From an uncultured Alphaproteobacteria bacterium (GTDB taxonomy: Bacteria > Pseudomonadota > Alphaproteobacteria > RF32 > CAG-239), in assembly GCA_944391685.1 (NCBI GenBank), contig CALXUM010000003.1, positions 9,481 to 73,480 of the forward strand: DNA of 64,000 nucleotides, written 5' to 3'. A program made the position numbers and the translations under genes. The notes beneath the pieces were generated by a model. The model made no database searches. It was not told the DNA's origin and was given only the letters and a program-made list of their open reading frames with translations. Shown here piece by piece: positions 19,023 through 29,049 of the stretch. Each line of letters starts with the position of its first letter. The stretch's first letter is position 1.

Positions 19023-19487
19023 TTATTTGATTGAACGCAATGCTTTTAATAATTCTAATTCAGCTTCCGATCTTGTGTCTTTTACGTTTGTTGAAAACCC
19101 TTCTTTAGTTTGAGCTGTATTTGAAGTTTTGTTTTCTATATTACGTGAATTACTGATGACATTTTCGAGTCTGTCTGCTAAGTTATCTGCTCTTTCATTT
19201 ATAAAGAGTAAATCATCTTTAAGCTCTTTGGCACTGTCAACTACTTCTTTTAAGCCTTCGGAAGAGTGTTCAGTTACGGATTTTAGTTTTGGTATACTGT
19301 TTTCAGCTTTAAATGTTGCTTCATTTAAGGCTTGAATTAGTTGAGCCAGAGAATTTTGGTTTTGTCTCAGAGCTTTTAAATTGTTGTTTAGACGATAAGC
19401 ATATATAATGGTCGGAATCAACAAGGCAATAATTATTATATTTATTATAAGTTCAAGATTATACATCTTTTTCGGCCTTTCCATCAA
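19023..19487 (-). CDS. membrane-anchored coiled-coil protein of the flagellar cluster
   Basis: TM helix LELIINIIIIALLIPTIIYAY followed by a coiled coil, sitting between fliM and the motE-like gene. The start may be the internal MYNLE (19466). Confidence 0.5.
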   Translation of the reverse strand: MMERPKKMYNLELIINIIIIALLIPTIIYAYRLNNNLKALRQNQNSLAQLIQALNEATFKAENSIPKLKSVTEHSSEGLKEVVDSAKELKDDLLFINERADNLADRLENVISNSRNIENKTSNTAQTKEGFSTNVKDTRSEAELELLKALRSIK

Positions 19488-20499
19488 CTCTTATAACAAT
19501 ATGACTATCTTTACGCCCCATGGAACCTTTAAGTAAAGGAACATCTCCGCAAACTATGCTAATTTGTTCAGTGGGAGGTATATCAAGCGGAAGGAAGGAA
19601 CCTTTTTCCCAGGTAGAAATTTCTCCAAGCTTAATGTTTGTTTCTTTAAGAACGGCCTTAATCTCAACATCAGTTTCCCAAAGTTGAGACATAAGGTGAT
19701 TTTCCCAAATGGTATCGCGACCAAAACGTTCTCCCATGAACATTTGTAAAAGTAATTCTCTTACCGGTTCTAAAGTAGCATAAGGAATCATAAGATCTAT
19801 TTTACCTCCGCGATCTTCCATATCAATTCTTAAGTGGGCAACAATAACAGCATTTGACAGTCTGGAGATGGTGGCAAAACGAGGGTTGGTTTCAAGTCTG
19901 TCAAAAGCAAAACTAACAGAAGTGATAGGATCAAAAGCGGTTGATAAATCACTTAAAATAAGCTGAATCATTTCTTTGACTATATTGAGCTCTATTGTAG
20001 TATAAGGACGACCTTCAATACGCATGGCCGCAGTGCCACGACGACCTCCTAAAAGGACGTCTACCATAGAATAAATCAGAGAACTATCAAGAGACATTAG
20101 CCCATAGTTGTCCCATTCTTCAGCTTTAAAAACATTGAGAAGAGTAGGCAAGGTGAGTGAATCTATATATTCGCCAAAACGCATTGATTCTATGCTGTCA
20201 AGAGATACTTCAACGTTATCTTGAGTATAATTACGCAAGGATGTCGCCATTAAACGAATTAAGCGGTCAAAAACAATTTCAAGCATGGGTAAGCGTTCAT
20301 AAGAAACCATGCTGGAATTTAATATAGCTCTAAACCCTGTTTTGTCTGATGCATAATCAATATCATCATTGTTAGAATAGCCTAAAAGGCTATCAATTTC
20401 TTCCTGATTTAAAATTTTAGAATCAGGGCTATCGGAGTTTACCGTGTTATTATCTTCAATTATAGAATCTGTTTCTTTTATATTTGTTTCTTCTGCCAC
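19459..20499 (-). CDS. fliM: flagellar motor switch protein FliM
   Basis: N-terminal CheY-P-binding-type motif LNQEEIDSLLG, central FliM domain (LLGGRRG...), C-terminal SpoA-like domain. 346 aa, follows fliL. Confidence 0.85.
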   Translation of the reverse strand: MAEETNIKETDSIIEDNNTVNSDSPDSKILNQEEIDSLLGYSNNDDIDYASDKTGFRAILNSSMVSYERLPMLEIVFDRLIRLMATSLRNYTQDNVEVSLDSIESMRFGEYIDSLTLPTLLNVFKAEEWDNYGLMSLDSSLIYSMVDVLLGGRRGTAAMRIEGRPYTTIELNIVKEMIQLILSDLSTAFDPITSVSFAFDRLETNPRFATISRLSNAVIVAHLRIDMEDRGGKIDLMIPYATLEPVRELLLQMFMGERFGRDTIWENHLMSQLWETDVEIKAVLKETNIKLGEISTWEKGSFLPLDIPPTEQISIVCGDVPLLKGSMGRKDSHIVIRVDGKAEKDV

Positions 20500-20517
20500 T
20501 TTTTTGATCCTTTATCA

Positions 20518-21042
20518 TTACTGAATTTCAAAAGTTGTAAAGTTAAGGTTATTAACTTTAAGCGGTGCGACGATTAAATTTATACGGTATAAAAGTTCTT
20601 GCTTTAGCCAATAAAGACCAGAGCTTCCAGATATTTCTTCGGGTGTTAGCTCTATAGTGTGAGCTATAATAGCATCTTTAATTTTAGGAGAAAGTATTTC
20701 TATTGTTTTGGTGTCTTCAATGCCCGAAAGTTCAATATTTAGCTTTATTTTGACTGTTTTTTTGACAGAATCCTTACTATTTAAAACTGAAGTTATTTCA
20801 GGAAGATCATAAAAAACAGTTGTTTTTTCCGATTTAGTACCATCTTGTTCAACTATGTTAGTTAAAACGCTGTAGTTGTTTGGAGCAGAAGTATAACTAC
20901 GGTTAAAAACATAGTAAAAGCCTACCGATAAACCAATCACGATTAAAACCGGAATTATGATAAATAACATTTTTTTACGGTTTTTGCGATTTTGTTCTTC
21001 GGAAACATCTTCTTTGTCCAAGTCATCTTCTTGGTCAATCAT
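20518..21042 (-). CDS. fliL: flagellar basal-body-associated protein FliL
   Basis: Acidic N-terminus, single TM (LFIIIPVLIVIGLSVGFYYVF), C-terminal FliL-type region ending VNNLNFTTFEIQ. Confidence 0.75.
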   Translation of the reverse strand: MIDQEDDLDKEDVSEEQNRKNRKKMLFIIIPVLIVIGLSVGFYYVFNRSYTSAPNNYSVLTNIVEQDGTKSEKTTVFYDLPEITSVLNSKDSVKKTVKIKLNIELSGIEDTKTIEILSPKIKDAIIAHTIELTPEEISGSSGLYWLKQELLYRINLIVAPLKVNNLNFTTFEIQ

Positions 21043-21299
21043 TAAAAATTCCCTCCAAAAATACTGCGAATATTTAACTTATTTTATAACATTATTTTTA
21101 TAAATAAATGCAAATTTATTAGTTATTAAATGTTTAATTTAATATAAGGCATAAATTATTATCAAATGTTAAATTTTTAGTCTATTTTGGGTATTGTTGC
21201 AGATTTGTTAAATTATTAAAATTTATCGTTGATTTAATAGATTAGAAACTTTTTTTGTGTTATTATAAAATATATTTAACGACATTAAGGTTTTGCAAA

Positions 21300-21980
21300 A
21301 TGTATATTTGGGTTGTGTTGGCAACATTTTTGGCAATTTTGGCCTCTTACACTCTTTCACCACGGACTGATTATAGAAAGCTGGCTGTAGAACCTGTGGC
21401 AGAGGCTCAGGTGGCAAAATTGGTTACTAAACACAATGCGGCATTTGAATATGTTAAATTTCGCAAACATCCTTATACTTCAGGTCGCGGAGACATTAAT
21501 TATGATACAGGGATTATTCCTGATGATGAGATTACGCCTTATTTGCCTTATGGGCATTATAATGATGAAAACTTTATAAGTCAGATATTTTGTATGGATG
21601 AATTTATGGAAGTGGCTTATGATAGTGTAGGTAGTGCAGACAATCCTTGTGCAGACAGAAATAATAAAAAAAGATTAATTACTTATGGTCCTATTCCGGA
21701 GAGATGGCTTAATCAAATGTCTGGATTAGACAGGCCAAATAATGATTACATGAATGCTGTTCGTAATACTGTGGATGAGGGAGAAATGCTTGGTTATACG
21801 GCTAATGGCGATAGTACAATAACTAAGGAAAATCCTTCAGGTTCGGCAGTGATGATAATGGATAGGATGGGAAGTGCAATGTATTATATTCCAAAGGCTA
21901 TAGTTAATGATGCAGATTTTAAAAATGTTTGTGATTTAACGAAAAATAAAGTTTGTTTGGTTTATATGAGCGGAATATAA
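21300..21980 (+). CDS. membrane-anchored hypothetical protein (226 aa)
   Basis: Start set at ATG 21300 (AAGG 9 nt upstream). N-terminal hydrophobic helix MYIWVVLATFLAILASY, then a Cys-containing soluble domain. Its stop lies 1 nt before the next ORF. Confidence 0.5.
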   Translation: MYIWVVLATFLAILASYTLSPRTDYRKLAVEPVAEAQVAKLVTKHNAAFEYVKFRKHPYTSGRGDINYDTGIIPDDEITPYLPYGHYNDENFISQIFCMDEFMEVAYDSVGSADNPCADRNNKKRLITYGPIPERWLNQMSGLDRPNNDYMNAVRNTVDEGEMLGYTANGDSTITKENPSGSAVMIMDRMGSAMYYIPKAIVNDADFKNVCDLTKNKVCLVYMSGI

Positions 21981-22002
21981 AATGCTTTTTAGGAGAAAAG
22001 CC

Positions 22003-25000
22003 ATGATAAAAAAGGTTGAAAGTTTGTGGGGACAGAAAGGTAGCATGATGGTGGAAGCTTTGGCTATGCTTGGTCTTATTACTATGGTTACTCCTATTTT
22101 GTATAAAAAGGCGGCTGAAAGAACAACTGAATTGCAAGATATTAATACGGCGGCACAAATGCGTACAATATCAAAGGCTTTAGATGATTATATTCAGGAT
22201 AATTATGCTGAGTTGTCAAGTGATGCCGAGGGTGAATATGTTACGGTGATGACACCTCAAGAAATTGAGGATAAATTGTTGCCATATTTGCCATATAATT
22301 TTAAGTTACAATCACGTTTTTATGATGATTATAAAGTTGCTTATCGTAATGATGTACAAAATTTGGGTTCAGCAGCTGAGCCTAAAATTCATTCAGCTAT
22401 TACCGGTATGATTTTAGCTGATTCAAAAGAAGGAATGCCAATGGTCAGAGCTGCAAAAATTGCATCAATGATTGGAGCAAACGGTGGCGTGGTTAAAGAT
22501 AAGAAAATTTCAGGTGTACAGGGTGCTTGGGAAGCAGATCTTGGAGATTATGATTTTGCAGAAGATATAAAAGACGGTAGTTTGGCTGTTAGTTCTGTTC
22601 ATGCAATTGCATCAGAAGGTGGAGGGGCCAGCTCTGCTCACGTTTTATATCGTGATGACAGTAAAGGTGATGAAGAATATAATCGTATGCAGGTTGATTT
22701 ATTGATGAACGGAAATAATATCAGAGAAGTTGTTCATTTGTTGGCTTTGCCTGATGCAGATGCTGGTTTGGGTAATATTGCCAACGAAATTATTATTGAT
22801 AGTGATGAAGGTGAGGTTGGAAGCGGAAATGCTATTTTAAGTGTTAAAGGAAAAGCTAATGTTGAAGATTTGTTTGCTGCAGGAGCATTAAAAATAGGAG
22901 CTGTAGCTAATCGTGATGTGGCAATGCCGGTATTTAGCGTTGATAATGATAGTATTGATGCCAGCAAAAAAGTTATAATTAACACAGGGGCAGCAACAAA
23001 TTCTGCTTTGGAAGTTACGGGAACATCAACCTTAACAGGAGATGCAACAGTTACCGGAAAAGCTAAAGTAACTAGTGGTACAGCTACATTTGACGTTGGA
23101 TCTACTACGGCAAATACGGTTACGGTTAATGCTCCGACTAATATTACCGGAGAAACCTCAATAAGTGGTCAAACAACGGTTAAAGGAACTGCAACAACGG
23201 TATCAGGGGTTGATGGAGATACTGATAAATATATTTTATCAACGGAAGGAAATTTGCTTGTAAGCAATAATGCCAGAGTTAAAGGCAAGTTGACTGTGGA
23301 AACATTGGAAACAACTAATCTTCATGCAACAGGATATGTTTATGCTGATGATAATTTAAAAGCCGGGTTTGATGGTAATAATTATAATTTAAAAGTTGAT
23401 GCAGAGGGAACATCTTTACGGAAAAATAATTTTACGGTAGGACAGCGTATTGTAGCTAATGATAGTTCAGTTGCATTATATGGCGGTACAGATACGGCTA
23501 AAGGAATTTATAAATTATATGCGGATAATAGTTATGCCGGAATTGGTGATTTTAGTGGTTCGACCAACATTACAAACGGATTTACCGCTTTAGCTGGAGC
23601 TGTTTATGGCGTGTCTACAGATAGGGCAAAAATCAGAACTGCTCATGGTATGTTTTTTTCTGATAAAGATAAAACAGTTGTTTCTAAGGGAATATATGAA
23701 GACGGGGTTTCTAATAATCAATATTTATTTATGAATGACGGCAGTGTTCAATTAGGAAATAATGTTAATTCCGTTAAGCAAGCAATTACTTTAAATAGTA
23801 CCGGAGTTACACTTGATTCTGGAAATAATGCTAAAGCTGTGATAGGTGGTGGTGAAGCTATTATTACAGCAGATAATTTACAATTAAAAAGTAATAGTAC
23901 GGCAAGCAGTAATCCAACAATTTTTGAGGTTAATGAAAATCAGCTAGCTTATGGAAGCAGTGTGGCGGATTTGACTGTCAGTAATGATGTTCGCAGTGAA
24001 GGGGTTATTATCAGGCGTGACGGAATGATTCAATTACCAAGAGCTACAAAAAATGTCGATGATAATACAATAGGAAATATGGATACAGTAGGGTATATTC
24101 GAGCAGATAGAGTACTTTCTAATGTTGATTATGTTGATCCTTCAGCTTATCCTAATGGTGAATATTATAATTATAGAGGAAGTTCTATTACTCCTTATGA
24201 TGCTTATCAGGTTAATCCGGCTTATACGTCGGTGATGCATGATATTAAATTAACAACTCGCGGTGGTGCTCGTTTGAGTGATATTTTGCCAGACTTTATT
24301 AATAAAGGTATTTATGTGATTGATAATACTTATAAAGAGGATGGTAAAGATTGGAGTACAGATTCAGCTTATAGTGTTACTGTTGTTGAAAATGGCGAAA
24401 TAAAGGTTAATACCAAGGAGAGTGAAACTTGTCCGTCCACAGATGCCAGATGTATCGCATCTCCGTGGATGGGGTTTGTACCGACACCACAGTGTCCTCC
24501 AGGATATTCAAAAGTTATTACCATTAATCCTATTCGATGGAAAATGTCAGAAGCTTTTGTAGTGACTGGAAATGACCTTTCAGGTATAACTGATGCGGCA
24601 ACTAAATTCAGATATTATTTCGATGTACCGACTGATCCGGGAAATTCTAAATTCCAATTAAATAGTGTTACAGGAAATACTTCTCATACTCATACAGTAT
24701 CATCAGGTACACCATTAACATTTCAAACTAATACTTGGTTGAATACTACTATTGATGGGGTTAGAGGAGGAAGTTCGACAGGAACTGGAGCCGGACGTTA
24801 TGGAGATTTTTATGGTTGGCATGCAATTATGGGTTTCTTATACTATGCTGATGAGTATATGGCTTATTTAAGCAATGTTGGAGCTGATGTCTCAGCTTTG
24901 GGTGGTAAAGTCGTTTGGAATTTGTTTCCTGTTTATAATGAGGAAATGACAGCAATTGCTGATGTATATTGTTATTTTGAACGAAGAGATATGTCAAGCT

Positions 25001-25146
25001 CTCCTGTTTGGGGGTGGAAGAGAGAAATGGTTCATAATTATGATCAAGTGAAAAATTTCAGAAGTGGCTTTAATAAATCAAGCCAAGATGGTGGTTATGT
25101 CGATCGTTTGAATGATCCGGCGTTGAAATATAATGATCCTTGGTAA
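22003..25146 (+). CDS. giant (about 1047 aa) protein with a prepilin / TadE-like N-terminus
   Basis: AGGAG 7 nt before ATG 22003. Short basic leader MIKKVESLWGQKG, then SMMVEALAMLGLITMVTPILY (Gly at -1, Glu at +5, hydrophobic helix) = class-III signal-peptide logic. T/G/V-rich repeat tract (TGTSTLTGDATVTGKAKVTSGTATFDVGSTTANTVTVNAPTNITGETSISGQTTVKG). Cys-containing C-terminal domain. Confidence 0.65.
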   Translation: MIKKVESLWGQKGSMMVEALAMLGLITMVTPILYKKAAERTTELQDINTAAQMRTISKALDDYIQDNYAELSSDAEGEYVTVMTPQEIEDKLLPYLPYNFKLQSRFYDDYKVAYRNDVQNLGSAAEPKIHSAITGMILADSKEGMPMVRAAKIASMIGANGGVVKDKKISGVQGAWEADLGDYDFAEDIKDGSLAVSSVHAIASEGGGASSAHVLYRDDSKGDEEYNRMQVDLLMNGNNIREVVHLLALPDADAGLGNIANEIIIDSDEGEVGSGNAILSVKGKANVEDLFAAGALKIGAVANRDVAMPVFSVDNDSIDASKKVIINTGAATNSALEVTGTSTLTGDATVTGKAKVTSGTATFDVGSTTANTVTVNAPTNITGETSISGQTTVKGTATTVSGVDGDTDKYILSTEGNLLVSNNARVKGKLTVETLETTNLHATGYVYADDNLKAGFDGNNYNLKVDAEGTSLRKNNFTVGQRIVANDSSVALYGGTDTAKGIYKLYADNSYAGIGDFSGSTNITNGFTALAGAVYGVSTDRAKIRTAHGMFFSDKDKTVVSKGIYEDGVSNNQYLFMNDGSVQLGNNVNSVKQAITLNSTGVTLDSGNNAKAVIGGGEAIITADNLQLKSNSTASSNPTIFEVNENQLAYGSSVADLTVSNDVRSEGVIIRRDGMIQLPRATKNVDDNTIGNMDTVGYIRADRVLSNVDYVDPSAYPNGEYYNYRGSSITPYDAYQVNPAYTSVMHDIKLTTRGGARLSDILPDFINKGIYVIDNTYKEDGKDWSTDSAYSVTVVENGEIKVNTKESETCPSTDARCIASPWMGFVPTPQCPPGYSKVITINPIRWKMSEAFVVTGNDLSGITDAATKFRYYFDVPTDPGNSKFQLNSVTGNTSHTHTVSSGTPLTFQTNTWLNTTIDGVRGGSSTGTGAGRYGDFYGWHAIMGFLYYADEYMAYLSNVGADVSALGGKVVWNLFPVYNEEMTAIADVYCYFERRDMSSSPVWGWKREMVHNYDQVKNFRSGFNKSSQDGGYVDRLNDPALKYNDPW

Positions 25147-25151
25147 TAAGA

Positions 25152-25177
25152 AGCCCCGTATGAAACGGGGCTTTTTC
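25152..25177. terminator. bidirectional hairpin terminator between convergent genes
   Basis: AGCCCCGT / ACGGGGCT stem followed by TTTTT. Confidence 0.6.
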
Positions 25178-25921
25178 TTATTGAAAGCTGTTAACCAATG
25201 ATCCGGCAAGCAGGTACCAACCGTCTACAAGTACAAAAAATATTACCTTAAAGGGAAGTGCCAAAACCGTAGGCGGTAGCATCATCATACCCATGGACAT
25301 TAATACTGAAGCAATAACCATATCAATAATCAAAAATGGAACAAATATTAAAAATCCGATTTCAAAAGCACGACGCAGCTCACTGATCATGAATGCCGGA
25401 ATAGCAATTTTAAGCGGAGTTTCTGCAACTGTTTGAGCTGGTTTTTCTTTAGCCAAATCAGTAAAAAGCAAAAGATCTTTTTCTCTAGTGTTGTTAACCA
25501 TAAATTCTTTAATAGGGATGGAAGCTTTTTCAAGTCCGTCCATAACTTCAATCTTCTCATCCATCATTGGTTTGAGACCTTGTTCCCACGATTTCTCAAG
25601 AGTGGGGCTCATGATAAATAGAGTTAAAAACAAGGCTAAAGAAACCAGAACCATGTTGGGAGGAGTTGAGTTGGTAGCCAAAGCACTGCGGGTTATGGAA
25701 AAGACAACGATTATTCTGGTAAACGATGTCATCATTACTAAGATTGACGGAGCTAGTGATAAAACCGTAATCATCATCAAAACACTGAAGATGCGTGCCG
25801 TAGCAGAGCCTGTCGGAGCATCTCCGAGATTTAGACTGACACTTTGAGCCAGAGCAAATTCTGTTTGCGTTAGTGTTAAAAGAATAGCTAATCCTAAAAG
25901 CCAAAACAATCTTTTATTCAT
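25178..25921 (-). CDS. fliP: flagellar type III export apparatus protein FliP
   Basis: Start moved to MNKRLFWLLG (signal sequence). MMTSFTRIIVVFS, MVLVSLALFLTLFIMSP, FMISELRRAFEIGFLIFVPFLIIDMVIASVLMSMGMMMLPP motifs. Confidence 0.9.
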   Translation of the reverse strand: MNKRLFWLLGLAILLTLTQTEFALAQSVSLNLGDAPTGSATARIFSVLMMITVLSLAPSILVMMTSFTRIIVVFSITRSALATNSTPPNMVLVSLALFLTLFIMSPTLEKSWEQGLKPMMDEKIEVMDGLEKASIPIKEFMVNNTREKDLLLFTDLAKEKPAQTVAETPLKIAIPAFMISELRRAFEIGFLIFVPFLIIDMVIASVLMSMGMMMLPPTVLALPFKVIFFVLVDGWYLLAGSLVNSFQ

Positions 25922-26210
25922 CTGATTTTTGTCCTTGAGAAATTGGTTTGCTTTCGAGGATAGAAACACAAGAATTGCCCAGCAAAACCAAATGTTCGGT
26001 GTTGTCACATTTTAGCAAAACAAGGGAATTTCTGGCATCAATACGGCGAATTTCAACAACATCTAGTCTTTGAGATGATTTTAAGCGGCGAACCAAAATT
26101 GATTTACCTCCTTTTTGTTCGCAGTATTTGAAAAACCACAGAGTAAGCAGCAAAAGTCCGATTACAAAAATAAGCGATAAGACAGCTTGTAAAATTTGAT
26201 GCCATTCCAT
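25914..26210 (-). CDS. fliO: flagellar biosynthesis protein FliO-like
   Basis: 98 aa, single N-terminal TM (AVLSLIFVIGLLLLTLWFF), then RLDVVEIRRIDARNSLVLLKCDNTEHLVLLG. Overlaps the fliP start by 8 nt. Confidence 0.6.
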   Translation of the reverse strand: MEWHQILQAVLSLIFVIGLLLLTLWFFKYCEQKGGKSILVRRLKSSQRLDVVEIRRIDARNSLVLLKCDNTEHLVLLGNSCVSILESKPISQGQKSDE

Positions 26211-26320
26211 GAATTTAAATTCCTCAATGCAATTTGTAAGCTAGTGGATTATATGCAGATTTTGATAACACAGTCAATAAAAGGCTTGCCCTTGTTGATA
26301 TTGTTTGTTAATTTTGATGC

Positions 26321-26851
26321 ATGGTAGAAAAAAAGAAAAAAAATATTGTCAGTAACGAACGAAAAACCTTAGATTTGCAGTCTTTTTCCCGAACACTGCT
26401 TCCTTTGACCAAAAAACTTTTGGGGGCAAAGGGAATGATGGAAGTTGAGCTCTTGAGTGAATGGGAAAATATTGTTGGTGAGGACATGGCTGCATATTCG
26501 TTGCCGTTGGGCGTGGTTTTTCCAAAGGGAGAAAAAAGTAAGGGTTGTCTGCAAATTGAGGTGCCGAGCGGAGCTTTTGCCTTGGAAATGCAGCATCAGG
26601 AAAACTTTGTGTTGGCAAAAGTTAATTCTTATTTTGGGTATTGTGCCGTTTCAAAATTAAAGATTATACAAACAGGGGATTTTGAAATAAAAGAAAAAGA
26701 TAATATACAGAAAGAACAAAAAACTCTTGTAACTGAAGATGAAGAAAATTATATTAAAGAACTAAGCGCAGACTTGCAAAATAAAGAATTACAAAATATG
26801 CTCGAAAAATTAGGGCGAAGTGTTATTTCTGATAATAAGGGTAAAAAATGA
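26321..26851 (+). CDS. DUF721 / DciA-family protein
   Basis: LLSEWENIVGEDMAAYSLPLGV...CLQIEVPSGAFALEMQHQENFVLAKVNSYFGY matches the DUF721 pattern as I remember it. The usual alpha-type pairing with a DsbA-like gene. Confidence 0.6.
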   Translation: MVEKKKKNIVSNERKTLDLQSFSRTLLPLTKKLLGAKGMMEVELLSEWENIVGEDMAAYSLPLGVVFPKGEKSKGCLQIEVPSGAFALEMQHQENFVLAKVNSYFGYCAVSKLKIIQTGDFEIKEKDNIQKEQKTLVTEDEENYIKELSADLQNKELQNMLEKLGRSVISDNKGKK

Positions 26852-27561
26852 AATTCGAAAAATTTATTAAAAATACAAGTGCATTCGTAGCGGCAATGGC
26901 AGTGTTTTTTTTGGTTGGAGGTTTTTATCTTTCAATGAAGGGGTTCGTTATGAATCCTGATGGGAGCATTGTTTTGATGCCGCAAGCAATGGCAAAAGAT
27001 GCTGTGCAAACAATTCCTGATAACATTGTCTTGCCAGAGGAACATGTTATCGGTTCAAAAAATGCTCCGGTGACAATTTATGAATATTCATCGTTTGGCT
27101 GTTATCATTGTGCGGATTTTCATTTAGATGTTTTACCTGAATTAAAAAAAGAGTTTGTTGATAAAGGGGTGCTGAAGGTGGTATTTGTTCCTTTCCCTAT
27201 TGATAAGGCATCGATGGATGCTGCTTTGTTGGCAGAGTGTATGCCAAAAGATAAATATTTTGCTTTCGTTGATTTATTGTTTAAAAAACAACGCGAATGG
27301 GGATTGGCAAGGAATCCTCAAAAGGTTTTGAAACAATATGCGGCATTGAGTGGGATAAATTCTGAAAAGGCAGATATTTGTTTGAATAATGATGATGAGG
27401 CAAGAGAGATTTTGATGAATCGTCAAAACGGGATTTCTCAACTCGGAATTCAAGGTACTCCGTCTTTTGTCATAAGTTATAAAGGACAGAACGAATTGAT
27501 TCCCGGTATGCAGTCTTTCGAATCATTTAGTAATATAATTAAGCAAAAAATTTCAAAATAA
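26848..27561 (+). CDS. DsbA-family thiol:disulfide oxidoreductase
   Basis: N-terminal TM/signal anchor and the thioredoxin-fold active site SSFGCYHCADFH (CxxC). 4-nt overlap with the preceding gene. Confidence 0.75.
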   Translation: MKFEKFIKNTSAFVAAMAVFFLVGGFYLSMKGFVMNPDGSIVLMPQAMAKDAVQTIPDNIVLPEEHVIGSKNAPVTIYEYSSFGCYHCADFHLDVLPELKKEFVDKGVLKVVFVPFPIDKASMDAALLAECMPKDKYFAFVDLLFKKQREWGLARNPQKVLKQYAALSGINSEKADICLNNDDEAREILMNRQNGISQLGIQGTPSFVISYKGQNELIPGMQSFESFSNIIKQKISK

Positions 27562-27615
27562 AAATTATTTGGGACTATATTTTTAATAACTGCTTAACAT
27601 TTTATAATGTAGAGT

Positions 27616-27927
27616 TTGGTAATGAAGAATGCACCTGATGACATTAAACGGATCGATGAGCGTATTTCAAAGCTTAAAAAGAAAGAGGCCGCTGTTCGTA
27701 AGGAAAAAGAAGAATCTGAATTTGCCTATGCTTCAAAGGTTGGATTCAGAATCGGAACAGAGTTGTTATCTGGAGTTTTGGTTGGTGCAGCAATAGGGTA
27801 TCTATTGGATGTATTGGCCGGAACAAAGCCGTGGCTTTTGATATTGTTTATGTTTTTTGGTGGTGCAGCCGGAGTTTTAAATGTTTATCGCTTTGCCAAA
27901 AGCGAGGAAACCAAACGTAAGGAGTAA
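27616..27927 (+). CDS. atpI: ATP synthase protein I (AtpI/AtpZ-like)
   Basis: About 100 aa, charged N-terminus then two TM helices (LLSGVLVGAAIGYLLD, WLLILFMFFGGAAGVLNVY), directly upstream of atpB. The true start may be ATG 27622. Confidence 0.6.
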   Translation: MVMKNAPDDIKRIDERISKLKKKEAAVRKEKEESEFAYASKVGFRIGTELLSGVLVGAAIGYLLDVLAGTKPWLLILFMFFGGAAGVLNVYRFAKSEETKRKE

Positions 27928-27933
27928 GCAGAC

Positions 27934-28656
27934 GTGTCCAATCCGATGGAACAATTTGTGATTAAACCGATTATACCTTTGGAAATCGGCGGTGTTGATG
28001 TTTCTTTTACCAATTCATCATTGTTTATGGTGTTGGCGGTTGCGGTATCAACACTTGTATTTGCATTGTGTTTAAGAAAAAGGAGTTTGGTGCCGAATGC
28101 AGCTCAGTCAGCAGTTGAAAGTATTTATGAATTTGTGCAAAACCTGCTGAAAGAAAACGTGGGAGCTGAAGGATTAAAGTATTTTCCGTTTATTTTTACG
28201 GTTTTTTTGTTTGTGGCTTTTGGTAATTTATTGGGTTTGTTTCCTTATGCTTTTACTTTTACTTCGCATTTGACGGCGGTGGGAAGTTTGTCTTTGATTG
28301 CGTTGCTTTTTAATGTGCTTATCGGAATAAAGAAGAAAAAAATAGGTTGGCTCGGAACATTTATGCCAAGGGGAATTCCTTTTGCTTTGGCTCCTTTGAT
28401 TGTGCCGATTGAAATGATTTCATTTTTATCAAAACCTTTTAGTCTTACGGTTCGTTTGGTGGCAAACATGACTGTCGGGCATATTATGCTCAAAATTATT
28501 GCCGGTTTTGTGATAGCTTTGGGCGTGTTCGGTGTGGTGCCGTTGTTGTTTAACAGCTGTATTGTTTGTTTTGAAATATTTATCGCTTTGTTGCAGGCTT
28601 TTATTTATACGGTATTGAGCTGTATTTATTTGGGTGATGCTTTGCACGAGCATTAA
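27934..28656 (+). CDS. atpB: F0F1 ATP synthase subunit a
   Basis: GTG start, multi-TM, conserved LSKPFSLTVRLVANMTVGHIMLKII (essential Arg). Confidence 0.9.
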   Translation: MSNPMEQFVIKPIIPLEIGGVDVSFTNSSLFMVLAVAVSTLVFALCLRKRSLVPNAAQSAVESIYEFVQNLLKENVGAEGLKYFPFIFTVFLFVAFGNLLGLFPYAFTFTSHLTAVGSLSLIALLFNVLIGIKKKKIGWLGTFMPRGIPFALAPLIVPIEMISFLSKPFSLTVRLVANMTVGHIMLKIIAGFVIALGVFGVVPLLFNSCIVCFEIFIALLQAFIYTVLSCIYLGDALHEH

Positions 28657-28703
28657 AATTATTATGTTGAACGTTGTTTTATGAAATTTGGAAAGGAAAT
28701 AAA

Positions 28704-28925
28704 ATGGAACCTTTAGCTTATATCGGCGCCGGTATGTGCGCTTTATCAATGATGGCAGCCGCTTGGGGTGTGTCTCAGGTTTGGACAACAATTATCTCTA
28801 CCGTCGGACGCAATCCGCAAGTTAAGAAAGATGTTGATATCTATGGTTGGGCCGGATTTGCAGCTGTTGAAGCTATTGCATTGTATGCCTTGGTTATTGC
28901 ATTGGTAATGCTGACCGGAAATTAA
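28704..28925 (+). CDS. atpE: F0F1 ATP synthase subunit c
   Basis: Start at MEPLAY (GGAAAGGAAA upstream). GRNPQ loop and the carboxylate helix FAAVEAIALYALVIAL. Confidence 0.9.
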   Translation: MEPLAYIGAGMCALSMMAAAWGVSQVWTTIISTVGRNPQVKKDVDIYGWAGFAAVEAIALYALVIALVMLTGN

Positions 28926-29049
28926 AAAGGTGAACCGTTTTATAGATTGTCCAGAGCAGAAATTCGGCACCGTTATAATAAATAAAAAGGTTCCGAGTTT
29001 CTTCTCTGAAAGATCTTAAAGTAACGGTTCTTATAAAGGAGTTTTTTAA

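Noticed and set aside
21180-21215. Sigma54-type promoter (TGG-N-TTGCA) in the fliL / pilin-like divergent region at TGGGTATTGTTGCA.
   Set aside because: The GG-to-GC spacing is off by 1-2 nt from the TGGCAC-N5-TTGC consensus. The region is too AT-rich for me to call any promoter by eye.
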